Origin: Gemmatimonadaceae bacterium
GTDB lineage: Bacteria > Gemmatimonadota > Gemmatimonadetes > Gemmatimonadales > Gemmatimonadaceae
Length of the DNA stretch: 64,000 nt
Assembly (NCBI GenBank): GCA_046598315.1
Contig: JBKJIY010000079.1
Coordinates: 4,931 to 68,930, forward strand
Direction of reading: 5' to 3'
Of the stretch, positions 46,395 to 53,441 are shown piece by piece. How positions within the stretch are numbered: position 1 is the stretch's first letter; every line of letters starts with the position of its first letter. The notes below the pieces were generated by a model. The model saw only the letters and a program-made list of their open reading frames with translations, was not told the origin of the DNA and did not search any database. Made by a program: the position numbers and the translations under genes.

Positions 46395-48848
46395 TTACCA
46401 GAGTGTGCGGGTGAGTGCGCTGCTCGCCGTACAGGCGCTGCCAGCCGACCTAGCGCCGCGCAGTTCGTCTAGGCGGGTGCGCCCTGCCGTCGCCTCACAA
46501 GCCACCGCCATGCCGACGGCCCAGTTGCGCGCGAGCGGCCATCGCACCAGCCCCCGCACCCCTGAGGCATCCAGCCGATCACGATGGAGGGTGTGGGCGA
46601 GCGTCGGGCCGGGTGCGGCCTCGACACCATGAAGCGTCGCAGCCTGATTGCGCAGCAGCCGCGCCCGGACGTCCAGCCGTAGTCCGCTGCCGGTGCGATG
46701 ATTCCAGCCCGCCTCCACGCCTCCGGCAGTGGCGGCCCATACGCATCCGCCGGATTCGCCACTGGACACGACCGCAGTGCCTGGGCTCGCGAGCCTCGCT
46801 GGCGGCGGGGCCCCGCAGCTCCAGAGCGCCCCGGTTTGCATCTCGAGGGAGAGCGTTCCGCTCGGCGACTCGCGTGTGAGGCGGGCGACCCCACCGACCT
46901 GGGCCCCTGGCGCGAGGGTGGAGAAGACGATGGTTCGCTGGGCGGTCAGGCCGACGATCCCGGACCAGCGCGCGGTCGTACGGGAGACGGCCGTGAGCGT
47001 CGACACGCCTGTACGCCATGCCTGAACGCTGATGCCCGGGAGGATGGCCCGCGTCACTCCGGGAATCGCGAAGCGATCTCCGAGCACCAGCAGTCGCGCA
47101 CCACCTGGCCGGGCGCCCGAACTGTCGGCACCGTGGAATCGGGCAAGTGCCAACGTGGCGTGACCCTCGCCGGCTCCGCTGGAATGCAAGCCTCGCCGAA
47201 AAGCCGTGAGCTCTCGCATCTGGCTCGTCCAGTTCGCCGTGGCTGACCACACCAGCCCGCGCGCACGTGTACCAGCAGCGGATCGTACCCACTCTAGTGC
47301 AGCGGCCGATCGCTCCAGACCATCACGCGGGGCGAAGGCCGCGCCGGCAACGCCAAAGCCGCGCCCGATGCGCTCGTGGCCCACCTGCAGGCGCGTGGCC
47401 CCATTCAGCGGAGTCGCGACTCCGAGCAGCACAGCCTCCGGACGCGTCGCGAGGTCAGCGAGCGAACCGGTGGTCGTCCACCCCGCCTTGATCTGTCCCA
47501 CGTGTGCGCTGTCACCCAGAGCGCGAAGGGCCGCCGACGGATTCACCGACCGGAGCGGAACGACGGTAGTCACGTCCGCCGAGTAGGCCCATGGCCACCG
47601 CGAGGTAGCCCCGCTGCCAGGAAGGAGGCGAAGCAGCGCACCGCGCAGCGCCAGCGGGCTCACCGTCGGATCGCCGAGCGAGAGTCCGGCGGCGGAGAGC
47701 CGGCCTCGCCCATCCTCGGTCGCGAGAGCGCGCATGCCGAGTGGTCTCATCCAGGGCAGCGCGACGTCCTTGATGCGAACCGTGGCCACGGCGCCAGTGG
47801 CATCGACACGCGGTGTGTCGAGAAAGAGAAACGCTCCCGCCGCGGGACGCCATGGAAGGAGGTCAGCTCGGTTCTCCGGCACCGCTCGCGGAAAACGTCG
47901 ATTCGGATCGACCTCCAGCTGCTCCCAGGGGCGAATCACCGTCTCGGGACGCAGCACTACCATCGCCGATCGTGATGCTTCTGGCCCGTGCCACCGCGCG
48001 CTCACGCCAACGCTGGCTACCCCGCGAGCGTCGTACACCACGGGTCCGCCGGTGGCCACGTTTCCGATGAGCGACACCGATGTGACCCCGCGAAGTCTCG
48101 CCCCAGTTGCTTGCGCGCCGCGCCTCGGCGTCGCTGTGCCTCCAGGCGACGGATGTTGCGGTCCGTCGAGCGCCCACCTCGTGCCGCGCAGCTGGAGTTG
48201 CATGCCGCGGAAGCTCGTGCCGAAGGGCACTGTTGCAACCCCGTACCACCACCCCGCCGAATCCGTCGGGACGAGGGTGATGGTCACCGGCACCCCATTC
48301 ATCGGCATCGGCACTCCTGCACGTGGAGCGCCGCCTCCCATCGGGGGCAAGTGCCAGCCCGCCGTGCGACGTGTCTGTGGATCGAGCGTGATACGCAGGT
48401 TGCGCCGTGCGGCGCCGCTGTCGACCTGGATGTCGATCTGCCAGCACTCCGACTCCACCCCCAGGCAGTCGAATGTCATTGGGACAGCGGGAGCCGACAC
48501 GAGTTGGTTCTTCATCGTCCACGACAGTGCGCTCCGGACTCTGAGCACGGCCGCCTGGCCTCCTGCCGGCTCCGTACACCATTGCACCGTTGAGGCGATC
48601 TCATCCGGCGTCGGACGCCGTCTCGCGGCCACGACCTCTTCACTTGTCGCCATCACGATCGCCGTGGCGCACCCCACGGCAGGAAAGGGCGCGGTGGCGA
48701 GCGTCGCTGGGACAGACGGGGCCGGCGCGGCACTCGTCTGAGCGAGCGTAGCCACACTCGCCCCCGCGAGAAGGCCTGCCACGAGGGCGCTCATCCTGCC
48801 ACGCCGTGTGGTGATGATGAAATCGCGCATCGCGCGAGCATGCATCAA
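46395..48848 (-). CDS. Hypothetical large secreted protein, putative outer-membrane beta-barrel
   Basis: 817 aa. The alternative ATG at 48794 gives signal peptide MSALVAGLLAGASVATLAQT. The C-terminal ~350 aa are rich in short alternating strands and the protein ends in ...TRTLW (terminal aromatic). The ATGA overlap with the upstream gene applies if the 48848 start is used. Confidence 0.6.
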   Translation of the reverse strand: MMHARAMRDFIITTRRGRMSALVAGLLAGASVATLAQTSAAPAPSVPATLATAPFPAVGCATAIVMATSEEVVAARRRPTPDEIASTVQWCTEPAGGQAAVLRVRSALSWTMKNQLVSAPAVPMTFDCLGVESECWQIDIQVDSGAARRNLRITLDPQTRRTAGWHLPPMGGGAPRAGVPMPMNGVPVTITLVPTDSAGWWYGVATVPFGTSFRGMQLQLRGTRWALDGPQHPSPGGTATPRRGAQATGARLRGVTSVSLIGNVATGGPVVYDARGVASVGVSARWHGPEASRSAMVVLRPETVIRPWEQLEVDPNRRFPRAVPENRADLLPWRPAAGAFLFLDTPRVDATGAVATVRIKDVALPWMRPLGMRALATEDGRGRLSAAGLSLGDPTVSPLALRGALLRLLPGSGATSRWPWAYSADVTTVVPLRSVNPSAALRALGDSAHVGQIKAGWTTTGSLADLATRPEAVLLGVATPLNGATRLQVGHERIGRGFGVAGAAFAPRDGLERSAAALEWVRSAAGTRARGLVWSATANWTSQMRELTAFRRGLHSSGAGEGHATLALARFHGADSSGARPGGARLLVLGDRFAIPGVTRAILPGISVQAWRTGVSTLTAVSRTTARWSGIVGLTAQRTIVFSTLAPGAQVGGVARLTRESPSGTLSLEMQTGALWSCGAPPPARLASPGTAVVSSGESGGCVWAATAGGVEAGWNHRTGSGLRLDVRARLLRNQAATLHGVEAAPGPTLAHTLHRDRLDASGVRGLVRWPLARNWAVGMAVACEATAGRTRLDELRGARSAGSACTASSALTRTLW

Positions 48849-50878
48849 TCAGGCAGACGAATCAGTGTGAGTGCGAGTCCGCCGCCGGTCACGACGGAGG
48901 CGCCGCTCGCCGTTGGCGCACGCGCAGCGCTCGCGCTGGTGTTCCGGATGCTCGCGCCGAGCAAGGCGGCCTCAGCGCGACGGAACTCGGCCTCGGCGTC
49001 GGTTGATTTCGCGGATTGCGTGGACGTGGCCTGGAGCGTGGACCGGAGCACTGGAGCGATACGCGAGGGAGTGGCGGTGATGCCATCCGCGGTGATTCCC
49101 ACCGCGACCGTCGCTCCCGGTTGGGGTTCCGCCGGAGTGGCGACCAGCAGGAAACGAGCAGTTGCGAGGGCGGGCATCAGACAGAGCGTGCTGCCGGTGG
49201 CGTCGGAGGTGAGCAGGCTATCCGTGCTCAGTGAGCTTCCCGCGATGGTGAGCGGACGAATGCTCCCAGGTTCGAGAGTGAGCCGCGCGACTGCGGCGCA
49301 GTGGGGGAGCGTCGACACGACTTGCGTTCCCAGGTGAATACGCGTGGTCACTCCGGGAGCGGTATCGAAGCGCAGAAACGCCGCCCCGCCGGCGGGCAGG
49401 GACAGGCGAATGGCGCCGGCGCTATCGAGTGGCAAGAGGCCGAGCGCGACCGGCGGTTGCGCGCTCACGGCAAGGATGGCGTCATAATCCCAACTGCGAC
49501 GGCGCCAGCGTGCGTCGGCGGCGGCGGCTTGCAGCCCCATCGCGTTCGCTGCATTGCCCACCGCCCAATCGTGCGTCCATGAAGGCCAATCGGCGCCCAA
49601 CGCCCGCGTCAGGTTCGCCGTACCCTTCTCGGTCGAGCGCACGAGCGACGACAGGATGGCGTCCTCGCGCGCGAGAGGATTCGTGCCCACGACGCGATCG
49701 ATGGCATAACGAAGAAACTGCCAGATGGCCCCGCGCGTCGGGAGGTCCGCGTCTCTGTCGAAGGCGCCCTGCGCAGCCGGGTTCGCGTACCAGGTTCCCA
49801 ACCGATCCACGTCGGGGCGGAGGAAACGTTGATAGGGCGCCGTGGGATCGCTCGGGGGAGCGAATACCTCCGCACCGAGAAGGGTACGGGGCTGCGTCCC
49901 GGTGGCGGCAAGATACGCGCGCTCTTCCATGACATGGCTCAACCCCTCGTTGAGCCAGATCTCGTCGGAGGGTGCGCCCTGCTGCTCGTAGAACCGCGAC
50001 CCTGCGTTGACGAGATGCTGCAACTCGTGTCCGATGGTGCCGATGGACACGCGCCGAACGAGTGCCGCGGTGCGGACGTTACCGCCCACCTTCCCTGCGG
50101 GATCCGGGGCCAGCATGTAGACGATCTCTCCTTCATAGCTGCCGGGACACGCGGTGAAGCGACCGAAGCCGCGGCGGGGAAGGAGATCGCGGCTCGTGAA
50201 GAGACCGGCAATGAACGAGGTCGCACCCGGCGGAGTGAGCTCATTGATGAGCCGTGTGTACAGCACCACGATGCGCGCATTGGCATCGAGGTCGGTCCAG
50301 GGACCGAGAGTGCGGCGTGTCAGCGGGGCCGTCAGCGTGTCAACCGCGCGCATGATCGAGGCGTAGTCGGCGTCGCTGAGGCTGCCGGCTGGATTGTCCA
50401 GATCTTCGGCCAGCCACACTTCGCGCCCGCGGCCCACGATCCTGGCGCGGCCCGAGGCGAGGCCGGTGCAGGTCGTGAGAGATCCCGAGGCGAAGTGCAG
50501 CAGGGTGTCCACAGTCACCGTGATCGTGTCTGCGGGACCATCGGACGCTACTCGCGCCACCACACGCGCGCTGCCGATGGCGGCGGCTACCAGCATGCCT
50601 TGCGTTGACAGGCGCACGGTTCCCGGATCGAGCACCGTCCACTGGAGCGGCGGCGTAATCTCGGAGCCGGCCGCGTCATACACCGTGGTGCGGAGTCGCG
50701 CGCTGTCGCCCGGCGCCAGGGTGATGGCAGTGGGGCGAATCCTGAGGAGAGACGCAGGCGCGTCGACCAACGCGGTCGGCAGATCGGGACGACATCCAGT
50801 GCCCCCCGCGCACAGCAGAGCGGCCAGGACGGCACGACACCGGCGTGCAGACGAATGGGGCGGTACTGAGGCGCGCAT
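48845..50878 (-). CDS. Putative lipoprotein zinc metallopeptidase (gluzincin HExxH...WLNEG) with an N-terminal Big_2-like domain
   Basis: ORF 48845..51004. The ATG at 50878 gives MRASVPPHSSARRCRAVLAALLCAGGTGC. The Ig-like segment ITLAPGDSARLRTTVYDAAGSEI...GSARVVARV is present. IGHELQHLVN followed by EIWLNEGLSH resembles the M1-type HEXXH-(18+)-WLNEG arrangement. Confidence 0.68.
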   Translation of the reverse strand: MRASVPPHSSARRCRAVLAALLCAGGTGCRPDLPTALVDAPASLLRIRPTAITLAPGDSARLRTTVYDAAGSEITPPLQWTVLDPGTVRLSTQGMLVAAAIGSARVVARVASDGPADTITVTVDTLLHFASGSLTTCTGLASGRARIVGRGREVWLAEDLDNPAGSLSDADYASIMRAVDTLTAPLTRRTLGPWTDLDANARIVVLYTRLINELTPPGATSFIAGLFTSRDLLPRRGFGRFTACPGSYEGEIVYMLAPDPAGKVGGNVRTAALVRRVSIGTIGHELQHLVNAGSRFYEQQGAPSDEIWLNEGLSHVMEERAYLAATGTQPRTLLGAEVFAPPSDPTAPYQRFLRPDVDRLGTWYANPAAQGAFDRDADLPTRGAIWQFLRYAIDRVVGTNPLAREDAILSSLVRSTEKGTANLTRALGADWPSWTHDWAVGNAANAMGLQAAAADARWRRRSWDYDAILAVSAQPPVALGLLPLDSAGAIRLSLPAGGAAFLRFDTAPGVTTRIHLGTQVVSTLPHCAAVARLTLEPGSIRPLTIAGSSLSTDSLLTSDATGSTLCLMPALATARFLLVATPAEPQPGATVAVGITADGITATPSRIAPVLRSTLQATSTQSAKSTDAEAEFRRAEAALLGASIRNTSASAARAPTASGASVVTGGGLALTLIRLPD

Positions 50879-50965
50879 GACCAACCGCGAGTGAGGACCG
50901 GATCCGCAGCGGCCGAGACAGGCCTGGCTCGCGAGACACATTCGGTATCCAGGAACGAGAGGGAC

Positions 50966-50996
50966 GGCGGCCTCCGAATCGTGATGGGAGGCCGCC
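50966..50996 (-). terminator. Perfect 10-bp GC-rich hairpin 15 nt downstream of the repeat-protein stop codon, a possible attenuator
   Basis: Arm ggcggcctcc (50966-50975), an 11-nt loop, then arm ggaggccgcc (50987-50996). No clear U-tract follows on the minus strand. Confidence 0.45.
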
Positions 50997-51011
50997 GCGG
51001 TCACTCCCGGG

Positions 51012-51401
51012 TTATTGAAGCAGCGCCGCTCCAGGGCCGATCATGCCGGAGCTGGAGGCCACGATCACGCCGGTGCCGGAAGCGAGCATGTACCCGGAGC
51101 TCGAGGCCACGATCACGCCGGTGCTGGACGCCATGTCGTACCCGGAGCTCGACGCCACGATCACGCCAGTGCTGGACGCCACGATGACGCCAGTGCTGGA
51201 TGCCACGATGACGCCAGTGCTGGATGCCACGATGACGCCAGTGCTGGACGCCACGATGACGCCAGTGCTGGATGCCATGTCGGTGCTCGATGCAACGATC
51301 ACTCCGTATCGCCCGATGGCGTCGGTCGTGCCCTGCGCGCTTGCGGTGGCCGTGGTGGCGAGGAGCAGGATAGCCGTCAGGGAGGAAAGACGCTTGATCA
51401 T
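51012..51401 (-). CDS. Small Sec-secreted repeat protein carrying 8 GVIVAS motifs, five of them as perfect STGVIVAS octapeptides
   Basis: ORF 51012..51467. The ATG at 51401 gives signal peptide MIKRLSSLTAILLLATTATASAQG. The mature part is GRYGVIVASSTDMAS(STGVIVAS)x5...SSGYDMASSTGVIVASSSGYMLASGTGVIVASSSGMIGPGAALLQ. GC-rich third positions and the same strand as the downstream genes support this frame. Confidence 0.7.
   Translation of the reverse strand: MIKRLSSLTAILLLATTATASAQGTTDAIGRYGVIVASSTDMASSTGVIVASSTGVIVASSTGVIVASSTGVIVASSTGVIVASSSGYDMASSTGVIVASSSGYMLASGTGVIVASSSGMIGPGAALLQ
51059..51306. repeat. Tandem DNA repeat inside the repeat-protein gene: 2 x 48 bp, then 5 x 24 bp (51155-51274), then degenerate units
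   Basis: The unit is ccacgatgacgccagtgctggatg. Units at 51179, 51203 and 51251 are identical. The unit at 51227 differs at 1 nt and the unit at 51155 at 2 nt. Confidence 0.92.
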
Positions 51402-51579
51402 GGAATGCTCGCGGGAGAGAGGATGCGAGTGCGACGACCGCCGCACCACTGGATCGAGCTCCATCATTCACTCTTCGGCGTCCCGGGACGTGTTCGAATG
51501 CGAGGTGGCGCGCGCTCCTGCACGATCATTTCACTTCTCCCTCCCGGGGACAATGTGGGCGAGGGTGCTTTTGTCCTCG

Positions 51580-51614
51580 AAGCTGAGCCCCTCCTCAGCT
51601 TGGCGCTGTTTTTT
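51580..51614 (+). terminator. Terminator-like hairpin plus T6 run in the leader region upstream of the DUF2132 gene
   Basis: Arm aagctgag (51580-51587), loop cccctc, arm ctcagctt (51594-51601), then ggcgctg and tttttt (51609-51614). A weaker hairpin cgagg...cctcg at 51560-51579 precedes it. Confidence 0.35.
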
Positions 51615-51679
51615 CTTGTGGTCGGTCAGTAGCGTGCGCGACGAGCGCGCAGAACCCACTCTCGATTAGCATTCAGCGC

Positions 51680-51922
51680 ATGCGCCCATCTCCCGCCAGC
51701 CAGCCTAATAACCCTCTCCACGGCACGACTCTCGAGGCTATCCTGGAGCGCCTCGTGGCGCACTACGGCTGGTCCGTGATGGGCAGCCTGATCAACGTCA
51801 ACTGCTTCACCAGCGACCCGAGCATCAAGTCGTCACTCAAGTTTCTGCGGAAGACGCCATGGGCGCGCAGCAAGGTGGAAGCGCTCTACGTTCAGGCGTT
51901 CGGCGGGTCGCGGGCCGACTGA
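51680..51922 (+). CDS. VF530/DUF2132-family small protein
   Basis: 80 aa. [21 protein letters not shown]...[29 protein letters not shown] is the family signature. Confidence 0.85.
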   Translation: MRPSPASQPNNPLHGTTLEAILERLVAHYGWSVMGSLINVNCFTSDPSIKSSLKFLRKTPWARSKVEALYVQAFGGSRAD

Positions 51923-51956
51923 CACAGCTCGGCCGGCTGCCTCGTAGATTCCGCGC

Positions 51957-52772
51957 ATGATTCGCCTCATCTGCATCGATGTGGACGGTACGCTCATCGG
52001 TTCGAGCGGCACCGTGCTCCCCGCGGTCTGGGCCGCCGCCAAGCGCCTGCGCGCCAGCGGAATCCGTCTGGCCATCTGCTCCGGTCGCCCAGGCTTCGGC
52101 GACGCGCGCGGGTACGCGCGGCGTCTCGATCCGGACGGCTGGCACGTCTTCCAGAATGGCGCAAGCGTGGTGCACCCGATCTCCGGCGAATCGCGCTCCA
52201 CCGCCATCGCATCGGAACTCGTCTCGCGCCTGGTCACGCGCGCGAGAGAGACCGGACGAATTCTGGAGCTGTATTCGGATGTCGCCTACGCGGTGGAGAG
52301 TACTGAGCTCCGAGCACGACAGCATTCGGACCTGCTCGGAGTGCCGTTCGTCGCCACGCCGTTCGACCAGTTGACCGACCCCGTCGTTCGCATGCAGTGG
52401 CTTCTTCCACGCGAGGAGGCGTCGTCGGTGCTGCGAGAGCTGGAACCAGGCTTGGAGGGATCTGCGTCGACCTCCCCGCTCATGGCGGACACCTCGTTCA
52501 TCAACATGACGGCGGCGGGCGTGAACAAGGCGACGGCGGTGCGCGCGCTGGCCGACGAGTACGGCATCTCGCTGCCGGAGGTGATGTTCGTGGGAGACGG
52601 TGAGAACGACCTCGGGGCCATGCGCTCGATCGGCTTTCCGGTGGCGATGGGCAACGCCGAACCGTCGGTCAAGGACATCGCGCACCGCATCGTGGCCCAC
52701 GTGGACGAGGGCGGGCTCGCGGAGGCGATGGAGCTGGTACTGGCCTCGCGGGACCGCTCACCAACCGTCTGA
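51957..52772 (+). CDS. Cof-type HAD-IIB phosphatase
   Basis: Motifs are ICIDVDGTL (motif I), SGR (motif II) and the motif III/IV region FVGDGENDLGAM. Confidence 0.88.
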   Translation: MIRLICIDVDGTLIGSSGTVLPAVWAAAKRLRASGIRLAICSGRPGFGDARGYARRLDPDGWHVFQNGASVVHPISGESRSTAIASELVSRLVTRARETGRILELYSDVAYAVESTELRARQHSDLLGVPFVATPFDQLTDPVVRMQWLLPREEASSVLRELEPGLEGSASTSPLMADTSFINMTAAGVNKATAVRALADEYGISLPEVMFVGDGENDLGAMRSIGFPVAMGNAEPSVKDIAHRIVAHVDEGGLAEAMELVLASRDRSPTV

Positions 52773-52801
52773 CGCACGCTGCTGGCGGGACGGCGCGGCG
52801 G

Positions 52802-53248
52802 TCAGGGCAGCAGATCCCTTGCGTGTACGCCCTTGTACTTGCTCACGCTCGAGCGCTCTCGGTCCAGCTCCGGGATGTGTCGCTCGGCGTATCCGCGGCG
52901 GCGGAAGAATTCCCCGCTGTTGCTCACGGCGAATACCGTGGTGTAGCCGCGGATGCGCGCCAACCGCTCCAGCGCCTCCACGAGCGCGACGCCCACCCCC
53001 GCGCCCTGTGCTGACGGTGAGACGGCGAGCGAGCGCACTTCGGCCAGGCTGGGCGCGTACTCCTCGAGGTGCACGCAGCCGATGATCCGGGCATCCTGCT
53101 CGGCCACGATGAAGTGGTCGAGGTGCAGCGCCACGAATGCCGCCGTGCGCGGCAGCAGTTCGCCGCTCGGCACGTTGAGGTCGATGAGCGCCACGATGCC
53201 AGCAGCGTCGGCGAGCGTGGCAGGACGGATCGTGTAAGGACGTGACAT
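52802..53248 (-). CDS. GNAT-family N-acetyltransferase
   Basis: 148 aa. The acetyl-CoA-binding motif is SPSAQGAGVGVALVEALE. Confidence 0.85.
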   Translation of the reverse strand: MSRPYTIRPATLADAAGIVALIDLNVPSGELLPRTAAFVALHLDHFIVAEQDARIIGCVHLEEYAPSLAEVRSLAVSPSAQGAGVGVALVEALERLARIRGYTTVFAVSNSGEFFRRRGYAERHIPELDRERSSVSKYKGVHARDLLP

Positions 53249-53300
53249 CGTTCGAATATAGGTGCTGCCTCTCGCTTAGGGTGTGGGGTCAAAACCGAAG

Positions 53301-53402
53301 AGCGGGAGGAACGGATTCACCGAAATTGAATCGAGACAGGCCGGATCGACCCACGGATTCGGGTGTTTTTCGGGAACATTCGACTGATTCGTTCCTCCCG
53401 CT
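53301..53402 (+). repeat. Copy B (best preserved) of the ~100-bp inverted-repeat intergenic element family
   Basis: Termini are agcgggaggaacggat (53301-53316) and attcgttcctcccgct (53387-53402), a 15/16 inverted repeat. Pairing extends to ccgaag/ttcgg (53295-53407). The central motif is ggccggatcgaccc. Confidence 0.8.
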
Positions 53403-53441
53403 TTCGGAGTGTGTTCCATCACACGCATCGGGCGCGACGTG

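Noticed and set aside
51001-51669. Three additional ORFs running through the 24-bp repeat array: 51001..51471 (-), 51015..51632 (+) and 51043..51669 (+).
   Set aside because: The repeat unit simply lacks stop codons in these frames. Only the 51012..51401 minus frame has a canonical signal peptide, GC-rich third positions outside the repeat, and the same orientation as the downstream genes. The plus frame ATMTPVLD has similar GC3 inside the repeat, so it is not fully excluded.
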